Assembly: GCF_021028975.2 (NCBI RefSeq)
Contig: NC_059432.1
Coordinates: forward strand, 46,562,001-46,626,000
DNA length: 64,000 nt
Direction of reading: 5' to 3'
From: Sphaerodactylus townsendi
Taxonomy: Eukaryota
Shown: in pieces, positions 12,324 through 25,377 of the stretch
Position numbering within the stretch: position 1 is the stretch's first letter
How the letters are laid out: each line of letters starts with the position of its first letter
Translations under genes and position numbers: made by a program
Notes under the pieces: model-generated
The model's database searches: none
What the model was told of the DNA's origin: nothing
The model's input: the letters and a program-made list of their open reading frames with translations, nothing else

Positions 12324-15300
12324 CAGCTGCCCTCTCTGTGAACCCAAAGGCAATTGGAATTCATCTCCTCCTCCTCTGCTGGCTAGACCAGAGCTGGAAT
12401 TTGAGGAGCAGTGCTCAGTGTGTGCTGGGTTGAGGAGTTATGTAAAGATTGAAAATGGCAGTGAAGAAATTGGCAGCAAGCAGCTTGATACAGCACATCT
12501 CCCACAGCAGCTGGAAGTCAGTGAGGCCCTGCAGGGGTCTGGGCAAGAAGTTGGAGAAGAAAGCACTCGCCTTTTTCTATCCTTCCATCAAATGTTTTGA
12601 TGCTTTAATGTCACACAGTGCAATCTGTAAAGGACCTTTGACTGTCATAGGCCCATTACTCATGGAACTCTTACCTCAGGACTCTGCGCATAGGCTTGCA
12701 GGGGGTTCTCCTCATGTTTCTCTGCTTACATGTAAGGAGGCACTCTCTCCTTTCCCCTGAGTTTTTCTGCAGAGAGCTCTCCTGGTCTGGTTCGCTTAAC
12801 TCAGCCCATCAAGTGATTCTTAAAGGCAAAGATGTCATTAAATCCTGTAGTCTTAGCCCTTTAAGCTGCACTTATGTCAATATTACTGTTCCAAAAGTAA
12901 ACTTTCCGCCATGCATGAAAGAGGCAAAGCAATTCCCTGGACCACAGGCTGCTAAAGAAGGGTACCGTCCTAGAGCAGATATGCTCTCCCCCTCCCCTTC
13001 TCTTCCCACAACACTTCCTGCTGATGGTGCTGCAGCTGCCAGAGGACCGAGTTTTCTTATTTCCAAGCTTTCTTTGTATTGATATTTTGAAGTATCAAAA
13101 GAATTAGAAGCTGGTGTTGTGTGAGTGAGCTTCTCTGTTACTTGAAGCAGCTGGCAATATGTAAGGGAGGGCAAGAAGGCATGCAAAGTGGCATGAGGGA
13201 AAGGAAAGGCTGGCTGTGGGTGGAGTGAAGTTCTTCAGGGCAAAGTTGTGCTCACTGAAAAATTTCCCTGCTCTGGTGGCAAAAACATTAAAAGTTGTGC
13301 TAAAAGTGGTCTCACTTGCCATAGAGAGAATGGAAAGTGAAAGTGGGACTTAAGGAAACAGATCTGTACAAGAAATCTTGTTGCAACAGACATTTGCCCC
13401 CATCATACAGTAAGCACTCTGAGCGTAATCTTAGTGTTTCTATAAGTTTATAACATTTTACAGCACAGTGCTTTTTTCTGATTTAGGGGCAAGTGTGGAA
13501 CTGAATATGAAGAACAATGTCTGTTGCTTGTCTGCAATTCTGCTAAAGGTTTAAATGCAAGGACACGAAATACACATTGTAGTCTAGTCAAGGTTTGCTG
13601 GCTTCATAACAGCTCTGTATTTTCCAATGGGAAATCAAACTGAGCTTAATTAACAACACTGACAAGGACATAGTATTGAAATTAATGATGTTTTAGATAC
13701 AATACCCCAGATATAAATCTGCTCTATCAACCTCGTGTTGGCAATTGGTATAGCTTTAGGACTGATATGCGTGAAAGTTATACTTATTACAAATATATTT
13801 TTGCTATAGAACCAGGTGGAGGCATGGGAACATGTCTATTTCAGTTATACCTATTTAGTTTTAGTTTCACTAGGTGATGGAGACTATGCAGCTGAGGCAA
13901 GTTCAACTCTCAGCTGCATCCAAGGGTGGTGGGAATCTGCTGCTGGGAGCAGTGCAGGGCTGCACTGGCAGATTTGCCCTCCCTAGGCAGAGGGCAGCTC
14001 AGACAGCTCTCCATGGTGGTGGAACATTGCACTAAACACCACACCAGCATCCCTTTGCCTCTGCCAGTGTAGCTACTTGTAGTGGTGGTGGTCTGGGGGA
14101 GGAACAATGCTGCTTGGATTCCACTTAGCCATTGCCCTTACTACACTGGCAGCCAGGCCTTTGGACTCACATCAACTTTTCTGTGGCGTAGGTCCATTAC
14201 GCCCAGTGGGGGTTTTCTGGTGGTGGTGAGGTTTTTTATGTTCTTTACCTCCCCACACCGTTGGAAGACCCCCTTGGGAACAGTGGGGTGGACAGCTGAG
14301 GTTCCATGTCTGGGCGCCTGGCTTTTGGATAGGGCTGCCCATTGTGAAGAGCAGGTGTATCAAAAACAGTTTACTTTGTATGAAGACCCTGCTCCTTCCT
14401 CCAGGTGAGACCCCTTCAATAGTAGGTCACCCTTCTTGGTTTGCATTTATGCTATAAAAAGGCAGTGCCTATTAAAACAACTAAGTGCAGTAGGGTATGA
14501 AACTTGGGGGCCTCACAAGGTACCTGGATTGAGTCATGACATTGGAAATTTCCAGAAATGATGAAGGGTGCTGCAGTAAAAGTGCAATCTTTTCCAGCTA
14601 AGTGGCATGTCGTTCTCAATAGCAAAGACTTCTCAGCACAAGAGACATCACCCAATATCCTGACATACCCCAGAGACATCTGGCCAGCCCAAAGACATTG
14701 CTAGTTTTTTAACCAACTCCTGGTTCTTCTTGCCCCTTCAGTCAAGAAGGGTGCTCATTAATTTTCCTGTTTTAGGAGTTATATTTCCTCACCCAGACTT
14801 TTGTGTCCGTGTAAATATAGCTCACATAACCTAATTAAAAATATGTTAATCAAGTGCCTGCACAGTTTTGGCTCACAAGGTATTATCCTCCAATTTTCCC
14901 TGCTGAAGTTTGACAGAAGTTAACTTTTAACTAGCCACTGAGAAGCATTTTACCTTGACCTAATCTAAATTTAGAATGGTCAGACCCCCACCTTCCTTCT
15001 GCTGCATTCCACACACCTTTTCTCCTGGCTTTGCTGGCTCTTCGCTCTCCATACCTCAAGCCTTGGATTTAAGTTTGTATATTCCTTCCCTAAAACTTCC
15101 AGAAAGAAATGTTGCAGGCCCTGGGTGAGTGCCAATGAAAACTATATGCAAGCACGAGCCAGACCCAACAATGGCCTGTTCACAGTAATACTCTTGAATG
15201 ACACGCTTTGGACCCAGTAGGGTGAATCCATGGATAAATATTTTGCATTGGGTGTTTCATTTAATTCCTTTGAATATTTTATTATTGGTGGCACAAACAT

Positions 15301-16204
15301 CAGTTGGTTAAAAGTCCATTGCCCTTTCCCTAACACTTATAAGTGATGCCTAGCTATATTATTTAAAAAAAAATGATTATTTCTACCTGCTTCCCTCAAA
15401 AGAGATATAAAAACCTTCTAGAGCACTGCCATCTATGAGGCTTCTCTCTAATATGCAGTCCTGTTGCCTAGAAAGTCAAAGTTGTCTTTAGGAAGCCAAC
15501 TTTTAATTAAGCCACTAAAAAAATCCCATTATAGAAAATAGCAGTGGGGTTCCTCACAGCGTTCTTTCAGCTATGAAAAGGTGTTTTTTTTTTAACTGTA
15601 CAACATTTTGTTGCAGAAAAGCCGAAATTTCTACTCTACTTGCATCAATGTATTAAATGCAAATAAAAATTAAACTATTATCCCTGCCTGCTGGGTGAGA
15701 TTTTCCAAAGCTATTAGACCTAAACCTTTGCACTCCAGGTGTAATTTTAAGACCTCCACAACAGAATGAGTGTCAGAAAAATTATCATACAGCAAACTCT
15801 AAGTGAATATCAGATTGCCTCACTCTGACAAACCTCTTGAGTCCTAATCACTCACTTTTCATTAAATCCAAGCACACACAATCAGACATGTGTTCTGATA
15901 TGGTTTCTTCTGAAACTCCTAAGCTATGATTCCATGCTGTTAATAGTAGCAAAATATACTTTTAAAATCTATTATATGCCTGACTACAGGCCATCGAGTT
16001 CCAGAGAGACCCAGGCTATTTCAAGCTTTTGAGCCCTTTAACCATAATAATAATTAAAAATGAAATGAGAAATTTACCAAAAGCAAAACAACAACAATAA
16101 ACAATTTGAGGCTCAGTCCAAATGGCCATTTGGCTCCCCCTCGCTCCCCATTGACCCTGTCTGGCGACAATAGTGTGTATCCTTTGTAGATCGATGAGTA
16201 ACAT

Positions 16205-16760
16205 CTTTTTTTTAAAAAAAAAATTTTTTTAATACTTCAACAGCTACATAATGGTGTACCAGCCATCCTACATAGAAAAAAAGATATGAAATACAAAACA
16301 TCAACCTCTATCCCCTGAAAAATAACCATTAACCCATGCTGTGACCTTTAATTTTAAAAAATCAGAAGCCAAGAATAAAAGGAAAAAAAACAATTCTAAT
16401 TGGTTGCCATACTGCCCTCACTTTATGTATACTAACTAAGCCCCCTTAACTTCTATATCAGCTTATGTTATTATTGTTTCCACCTTTTTAAAAGGTAGTT
16501 CCACTACTATAATCTTATTTGTACATAACCAATATATGTCAAGCAGCAAAATATATACTCTTTCACTTTCACTTTCTTTCTTTCTTTAATTCCTCATTCT
16601 ACCTGTTGCATGCCCCGATGCTACATACAACCATTTTCAAATCATTTAAGCATTTTTAATTAATTAATTGATCTAACCGTTTTAATTTAAACTTGTCTTA
16701 AATCTATGAAATCTATCTTACTCTCTGTCCCTAAACCTTTGATGTTATATTACTATGTAT
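16205..16760 (-). mobile_element. Possible L1-type 3' end
   Basis: Poly-T/A run at 16205-16230 followed by sequence with L1 3' UTR-like composition; no TSD or ORF confirmed. Confidence 0.35.
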
Positions 16761-16904
16761 AAAAAGATTTAGAAATAAAATGTAACAGAATGCACATTCA
16801 GGTTGTCTGAAGATCTTTTTTGTTCTTATTGAAGAACTTTCTTGTGTATTGAATATCTGTGATCTTCTGGTAGGCTCCCTTGAAGGTGAAACCTGACCCC
16901 TCAA

Positions 16905-17578
16905 TCTATATCCAGTGGGAACCTAAAGTGGTTTAAACCATTCTCATATCTTCCATTTTATCATTGCTGCAATCCTGTAAATTAGATTAGGATGAGAGTA
17001 TGTGACTGGCCCAAGCCCACCCAGCATGTTTCCGCTGCAGAGTGGGGACTCGAATCGGAGGCTGTTTCTGCACAGCCAGAACAGCGGGGCTGCATTGGCA
17101 TGATTCATGCTGATGCAAGCCCTGGGGTCATTCACACGAACAGTCCCGCTGGCTTCGCAGCTGGCTCTGCACAGCTGCGTAGTCCCACAAATGGCTCCTT
17201 ATCTCCTCCTGGCTTCCGTTGCTCTGTGGAGGCCAGGGGACATGCCCCCATGGCAAGAGCGATGTTAGCAGGGACAGAGGCCAGGAGGTGTGTCCCCTGG
17301 CCTCCACAGAGCGATGGAAGCCAGGAGGAGGTAAGGAGGTGTTTGGGGCCGGTGTGAGGAAAATGCCGCCTTCCACCCGCTGCAGTTAGCATGGCAGTGC
17401 ATGGAAGATGCCGCTTTTGAAAAACCTCGCCCTCTGAGTGAGGTTCAAAAGCAGCATTTTCATGCTGCAAACAGCACCCCAGGGACAGTGTTTTTACCAT
17501 CCCTAGGGTGCTGTTACTGAGCTGTGGGGAAACAGCCTCTCCCAGAAATGTATCCAGTGCACTAATCACTGTGCCATC
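16905..17578 (-). mobile_element. Squam3/MIR-like SINE split at its B box by a MITE
   Basis: gactggcccaag...ggggactcgaatcgga | insert | tctcccag...ccagtgcactaatcactgtgcca. Confidence 0.65.
17060..17537. mobile_element. Harbinger-like MITE, older relative of 2010-2550
   Basis: TIRs GGCTGTTTCTGCACAGC / GCTGTGGGGAAACAGCC; internal ~44-bp inverted repeat 17203-17246 / 17287-17330; no clean TSD. Confidence 0.7.
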
Positions 17579-18829
17579 TCTGGAATGGTTTTTGTTATTC
17601 CTCTTATAACTGCAGGTTGTCCATTGGCTGCAAGACTGGATAGTTCGTAAGCTTTTAAAATCTGTGGTATCTAATTAAAACCTTTAATTGTTTTTAAAAT
17701 CAAGGAGAAAAGTACACACCCTACTAGAACAGACTGCTATTATTCCATTGCTGCACACAATGCTTGCTAGAGTGAAATAAATAACGATGAGTTCCTGCCC
17801 AAAGCTTCTAATCTAAATTTAGATTTTTAGGAGCTGAGAGATGACAAAAGGAGGAAGGGAGAGGCATGAATGTGAGCCAATACTTTTATATGTCCTCAGG
17901 TTTCATGTTTGTTTACAGATGGTGACTGCAGAGTTACAGGCCTAAAGTAAATGCTTCATGAAAAGAAATGGATTTGGGAGAGTGATCCAAAGATAGAAGT
18001 AGAGGCTGTGCTAAAGAAGAGCTGGGACTATTTGGCTGGAGGCAGCAAGAGAAGATGGTCAAAGTCTGTTGTAAGGTAAAATTAAGGACAATACAGTTAA
18101 AGTTGTCATGGGCAAGAAAAATTCTATAATAATATAATGGGGGATTCCTGTAAAGGCAAAGAAGAACACTTTGGACAGGATGTGGACAGGATTATCTTAC
18201 TCTTTGGCTGAGAATATTATGAACATTTTCATTAACAGACAGAAGGAAACTTCTTTTGGAAAAAATAATCTTACTGCTCAACGGTGCAGTGATATTTCTG
18301 AAAATATGAGATGGTGCTGTGCAGTTTGTGCAGGTGAACTGTGATGAGCTACACTGGCCACCAACTACTGTGGATATCATTCAACAGGTGACCATGATTC
18401 TTTCACTGCATACCGCTATGTACTGATGTGTGATTATGTGGTTGTATGATATTATGTGTTCTGATACAAAAGAAAGGCTACTTTAAATCTTGCATATCAT
18501 ACAGTGGTTTCTGAATGTTAGGGAAAAGCACAGAAGTGTTTCCTTGAATCAAGACATTTGGAACCTGTCAGTGACTCACTCAGTTAACCAGTGCATGCAA
18601 GATGTACCAGATCAGCTCACTTTCTCAGTCCATGGTCGATTCTCCACTTCAAAAATGAAAGTAGATACAAACTGGTTTGGTAAGATTTGGGACCTTTTGA
18701 ACACGATTTCATGGTCCCCACTGCAGCTTCTGCCCCTTTGTTCCCAGAAACGCAGCAGCCATGCAGGATTCCCCACTGTCGGCGGATCAAACATGTGATC
18801 CGCTCAGGGGCTATCCTGATTGGTTGCTG

Positions 18830-19685
18830 TGTTTAAAGCAAAAATAATGTGGTCTTTAAAGCAAAAATAAAACATTCTGCAGATGTTTGACTTTTTTTGT
18901 TCACACAGTGTGAACAAAAAAAGCGTTGCCAGCCAAAATGGTTCTTTTTTTCCCACCTGCAACGCAACAGAACTCTTGTCAGTTTCATAGTTGCCTCCAC
19001 CATTCTCTGTTCCTCCGCCATTTGGTGAAGGTTTCCCATGGAGGTTTCCTCTGCTTGCAGCTCATCTGATGGCCGTTGTACTGTAAAAGGTAGAGGAACA
19101 CAATTTGGTTTGCCTGGTGATCCTGCACATGTGTTGTTTTTCCTTTTTTGTTTTGAGGGAGCTGTTTGCGAAGCTATGATGACCTGAATATGCACATATT
19201 GCAGGTTCTCATGTTGCATTGTCTTAGCTTTGCAGACAGCGCTTTCAAAACAAACTAAGGAAAAAGGACACATGCAGTGGGATCACCAGGTGAACCAAAC
19301 TGTATTCCTCTACTTTTTATAGTGCAATAGCCATCAGATTAGCTGCAAGCGGAGGAAACCTTCACCAAATGGTGGAGGCAGGAGGCTCCTGAAGAGGACA
19401 GAGAATGGTGGGTGCAACTTCAGTGAAAATGAAAGTAAGAGCTGGGGAGAGGAGGCAGAAGAGATGAAGTGTCTCCTGCCTGTTTTTGTTCTCAGGCAAG
19501 CAGGAGACGTCTTCAACCCATCTTCAGGAAAAAAAGATCACTGCTTTAGCGATTTTGGAAAAACCTGAGATAAGAGAAATAAAATAGCATGAAACATTTT
19601 GGGGAGAGAGCTGTGCAAACGTCTTTCCCTAAACCCTTTTTATAACATCCTCAAGACATTATATTTCTGATGTGCAGAAAAGGCC
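18830..19685. mobile_element. Long palindromic (foldback) MITE
   Basis: ~19010-19155 is inverted at ~19245-19380; ends tgtgcagaaaaggcc (Harbinger-like TIR). Left boundary approximate. Confidence 0.6.
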
Positions 19686-22600
19686 TGTGTTCGGCAATGA
19701 GGTCAATGAGCTGTTTCTTCATTTTAAACAGAACCTCAAAGATCATAAAACTGTAGATACAACGACGTAAAAATATGCACCACATATGATTTCTTACAGT
19801 TATGTTTTTTTCTGTCAACTCTTACAAACTGTTTCTCTTTTGAGCTTTTTTATAGAGAAACAGAAGCCAACATAACAAAGCTACATACAAATAAAAATAT
19901 GGATTACAAATTCCAGAGGGAGTAGCTATTTCAGTCTGTTGCAGCAAAACCAAAAAGGAGTTTTGGAGCATGTGACTAAGATTCATTTTAACAAATGCTT
20001 TAAAAGGCTTTTGCTGCATGAAGTGAAACCTCAATAAACAGACATATAAATAGAGCAAAAATAATCGTAACATTATAACAGTTATAAATGAACATTGATC
20101 TTATCTTGTATGAGTTTGAGTTTTCCACAGAAAAAGAGATTAAAGTTGGGGTAAAATGAAATGCTGTCCTTGAAAAACTTATATTTACACAAGTTGGACT
20201 TAATGATAATTCACAACAAACATGGCTCTGACTTATCTCCACCAAGCTACCAAGTGCCATCTTGGTGGGGTGAGGGGTAGGGAGAGGCAGAGCCAGGAGA
20301 AGAGCTGTCGATCTGCATGGTGTCCCAGGGCACAAGCATATAAGGGTCAAAAGATACGAATATCCATTTTTAGTGTGTTTACTTATGCCATTTCTATCTC
20401 TCCCTCTCCTGGCCAAGGTCAGGCTCCCTTTAAATACCTGCATGCAAGGTGCCTAACTTAGGTCCACAGACTGCACACTTGTGTTTTAAAACAAAATAGG
20501 AGAAAAATGTAGTTGATAGGTATAAATGTCAAATATACTTAATGGTCAAATGTGTGTTTTACATTCAAATATACTTAATGGTCAAATGTGTGTTTTACAT
20601 TACCTCTAAAGCAGAGGAATCCAGTGACCATTTCAATAACTTGCAGCATGTGAACAGGAATATTCTTCCACTTTCAGCTCATTATGTGTGCTGAGATTGA
20701 ATTTCTAACTCTTGTCCTAACTGTATCGATTATCACTCAAAACATAACTTCAAGTGATGTAGAGAAGTCAATAAAATGCTCTTGCTAGCTGGAAACAAGA
20801 CCCAATCTTTCATTCTTTGGCTATCGTAATCCCCATTGCAATATTTGTATCATTAATAGTAGCCACAATTTTTTTGCCTATACATCTGACTTTGCCTGTA
20901 AACAGAACTCAAAAGACTTGATGAGCTCTTATTTTTTGTGCATTTCTAGCACAGTGTTTTCAAAAGAGGTAAGCTGATATGGACTTTCTGATGACCTATT
21001 TCATTATCTACAGTCTGTTTTCCAAGTTCAGGCAGCACAAGCACATCTGACCAAAGATATATTTTGAAGCTTCTGCAAGATCTGTGCCCTAGCCAAAAAA
21101 AAGAGAAAAAGAAAAAAATGTTTAAGTTTAGGTTCAATCTGATTCCCCCTCCCTACAAAGCCCAAACTGTGGCAGCTTGAGAAAAGTAAGGCACAATTGC
21201 CTCCAGCTGCCAAGGAATACGGCAGCTATCAGGAAGGCTATCATTGAAGAGACTAGAATGATTGTTTTAGAATGGTACTTTGTTAATGAAACTATGATTT
21301 TAACAGTTTGACATTTATAGATTTTGAAGAGCATCCAACAGTGTGTGCCTATAACAATGGAGGATGTGTGGACATAGCCTCATCAAACAGCCCACAATTA
21401 TGCAGATTGGATGGTTGAAGGCACAGAAGGATTAAAACTGGCCGCAGTTATTCTTCCTTAATATCTGTTAAGTGCCTTGACTCTTGGATGGGAAAATGCA
21501 TTCAGCACCTGGCTAAGGATCAGGCACAAAGCAGGCACAAAGCAAGCATGAATTCCTCTAGGACAGGATACAGAAACCTCCTTTTGGCATCCATTTGGTC
21601 TCTGGCCTGATCAGGGTGCCTGAAACTAATCAGAGCAATGTAGTTATGAATGAGACCTACTGAAAAGTTGACAGTGTTATTTAGATAAGAAATATTCTGA
21701 ATTAAGCTGTGGATGGATGAGCTTTATACAATTTGAACTTTTGCAATAGAATACAGGACAATGTACCAAAGCAGAAGATGGAGAAGTATAGACAGACTCC
21801 TAGCTTTGCCAAAGAGATCCAGATAAGACTGTCACTAGCTGTTCAGTCCACATAGACTGGATGATATTGCCAACACATTAGAAAAAATTTTCTAAGCTTT
21901 CTGGTGGCCACCCCAGCTTCTAAGATGAGGTTTTGTAAAGGATCCTTGTTCTGAACTTACTACTGGAAAAATACTATGACTGGGATCCTAGGAACAAGTT
22001 CTGTGATTGCTAGATTGCTAGGAACAAGTTCTATTATTGCTCTGCTACAGAGCACACTTCTGTTAAAACTTCTATTTGTGCAAGGGCTCCACTGAAAGCT
22101 ATTGATCTTGCTCGAATTGGGGTTTTAGGAGAAGAGGAAATAGCAGAGGCTGTCAGGTCCACGTGAAACTCATTCCTAGGATCTAACCAAAATCATTAAA
22201 ATTGCTTTTTCTCGTCTCTTTGCTTACTAATCTGCTTGCTACCAAAATTGCACTGCTTTGCAGTGGCTCAGGAACAAACTCTTGGAATTCTTTTGCGCTA
22301 CTTGTATAAGGGTAGTTTTATAAGTCATTTCCCCTGTTCTTGTGTGTTTCTCCCTACTTTGAGAGGTACTATGAGTGTAAAATTTCTTTTTCCTTTTCCA
22401 CTAGCAAAAAGTGGTCAGGACATTCTATGCTGGCATGGTATATGGAAGCCTGTAATTATGACGGGAATGTTGTATTTGCTTACCCCTTGCATAATGTGGA
22501 ATGTTAGACAAAAAGAGAAAAAAAGGTAGTGTCACGTTAAGCAAAAATGTAAAACTGTCCTAAGATTACCTACAAACCATAATTGGAGCGATTTGGAAGA

Positions 22601-24722
22601 CAAGTTTTCTTCTAACTCTGATGTGATTTAGAACCCACAGAAGCATCCATTCTTTGAAATGTTACCTGTGGCCTAGTTGTTAACCCAGAAGAGCAGAAAA
22701 AATTAAAAATATGGGAGAACATTCATGGAAAAATTTTTGAATCTGTAAATGATTTGAATTGGCTTCTTCGCTAGAAGCAACCAACATATTTGTGAACAGA
22801 AAGTGGGAGATCTTGTTTGTCTTCTGACCTGATTTGCCCATTTCTTCATGTTACCTTTCACTCTGAAAGCCTTACTTTTCTATTTTCTGTTTATCAGCCA
22901 ACATTTCTATTGGCACTCTGTAGTATTTGAGAAGTTAAAGCAAACTACCCATTAGTGTACGCGCTCCCACCTCATGTTTACGCTTCTTTGTACCACTCTA
23001 CAAGGAAGCCCTAGTAAATGGTACGACTCATGGTTGCATCTTTTGAAGGCATTTCATCCAAGTCAGAAAACAGGTCTGCTGGGCTGCCTAAGTAAGATCA
23101 ATGGACAGTTACAATATTTCAGCAGAGAATGCCATGCTAGGGGAGCGCAAAGCACAAATGAGGCTTGTAAGGAACAAAATGTATAAGGAAATAAATTAAA
23201 GACATGATTGTATAAAAAGCCAAGGAAGCAACTAACAAGGTATACAATTTAAATTTAGGAAATGGTGTTCAACATTCCTCCTGTTAATTTATTTACTTGC
23301 ATTACTTTGGATTAATTATAGATTTTATAGAATCATAGAGCTGGAAGAGACTGCAAGGGCCATCAAACTGATGACAAATAGAAGCCCATTGACTCAGAGT
23401 GATGTGCTAGTTTGAAATGAAAACACAGTGGAGCTGTGTAATGTATTTTGCTTCCAAGGTGAGTACATTGAAAAAATGTGGAAGATCTTAATGTGTTTTC
23501 TGTTTTAAAAAGCTCATAAAAGATTTTGCTTGTTTATTTTGTTTGATTTATAAGCCACCTTCCCCCTAAGGGCTCAAATTATAAAATTAAAAAACACCGT
23601 AACTTGCTTATGCTGTACTTCTTTGTGCAACTCAGTGCCACTTGTCTGTCTTGTGTATCAATGAAAATTGCCATATTTGAACTGCACTGGACAAAATAGT
23701 CCTTACAAGGCAAGAAATTTCACTGTAATGAATGAATGGAAGACTGTTGGATACAAGGTTTAGTAAAGGCTGAAGCACCGTATTCCTAGGCAGGTCCTTA
23801 GAAATAAATCCCAATGAGATTTACTGCCAGTAAAGCATCCTTTGATTTCCACCTGACTACTTTTGTGAAAGATACTTGATATGCTCAAAGTGTAACTCAA
23901 TAATACAACATAATTCAAATGATGTCTTTGTGTAAATGTCCCACCAATTAAGTATCTGCAAGATTTTTCATTCAATATCATCCAGTTTCCCTCCAAACAA
24001 CAGTCCCTATTCCTCATAGCTTTTGCCCATAAAGATCCCATGATCTTCAGCATAGCCTTTGTGCATGGGCAGGTGGGACCCCTTCTTTTTTCACCATCAA
24101 AAAAGCTTGTTTGGATTCAATTTATTGTTGTTTGCTCTGTAGCTTCCATTGTAAAACATATTACAGCTACTACAGAACAAATGACTTGTTCAGCTGTTAA
24201 AATACATGTGTTTTCTTAAGTACTTTAATGAATCCTTTAAAAAATATCTGTGCTGGCAATTAATATATATTTTTTGGCTTTCAGGTTTACAGGTTACTGG
24301 ATCTTCCTGCAGTGACTAAAAATTCACAGTATAACAAAATAGATACTGCACATTAAAATGGGAGACCTCCTGGCTCCTGTGTCTTTGCCTGCCAGTATCT
24401 CAGGAGTGGGGGGATGGAATATGTATGTATGAGCCAGTCCCTAGAAGTCACTGAACCAGACACAGAGCCTGTGGAAGCCATAAATCAGGCCCTGGCTTCT
24501 CAGGAGGAGATTCAAGCAGCAGAAACAGCTCCAGACCCTCTCCTTCAGCTAAGGAAGTGCTCACTGCGGGTGGAGTTGCCAGCAGATCCAGATGGGCTGA
24601 TTGACCAGTCAGATGAACGCCAAAAGCATAAACAGAGTCTTGAGTGGGCATCTAAAAGACAAAGTGCCAGAATAGCCACACACTGTGGCAAGAGGCTTGG
24701 GGCAGACATGAGCTCTGTTCAG

Positions 24723-24962
24723 CATAGGTGGAGATACCATGGGGTGGGGCAGGGACAAATGCCCCGGGTGCAGGCGTGGGGGGGTGGAGAAACCGCTCCC
24801 CGCACAGCTCCCCTCAGACCACTTTTGTGGCCCGAAGCAGCCCCCATGGACCAGAGCAGGCTTCTCTTTTAACTGTAAAAGGTAAGTGAAGCATGCCTGA
24901 GGTGGGGGGAGGGGCATGGGCACCATTTTGCCCTGGGCGCCATTTTCCTTCCTACGGCACTG
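24723..24962. mobile_element. hAT-type MITE
   Basis: 8-bp TSD CTGTTCAG (24715-22, 24963-70); right end CCTACGGCACTG, left TIR eroded. Confidence 0.7.
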
Positions 24963-25377
24963 CTGTTCAGTCTGAATACAATGAGTGTGCTTCACTGGAA
25001 AGTGTCATGCATCAGTCCCTGGACACTGAGGACTCTGCTGTAGAGTCTGAAGACACTGTGGAGGAGATGCAGGCAGAAGATCCAGGTCCAAGCCCTTCCC
25101 GGCAAGCCAAGACAGAGCCTGATGCTGTGCAGCTGGGGGAACTATCAGAAATCTCAGAAGAGTCAAGTAACAAGCCAGCTACGCAAAAGAGACAAAGGCA
25201 GAGGCTACAGTTACAGAATAAAAGAAGAAGTGTTCACATCCCTGCTAGATATGGTAGAAGGCTCTGCAAAATGGAGGCATCTGCATCTGAGGAGGACTGA
25301 GTTCTTACAGGATCCTAGCCTCATTAGCCAAGACCTCCTATATTAACCTTGTCTTGGGCTTGGCTCTGCCTGGGTGC

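Noticed and set aside
18334-18387. Plus-strand 54-nt exon VNCDELHWPPTTVDIIQQ
   Set aside because: Weak acceptor, unrecognised peptide and no compatible neighbouring exons found.
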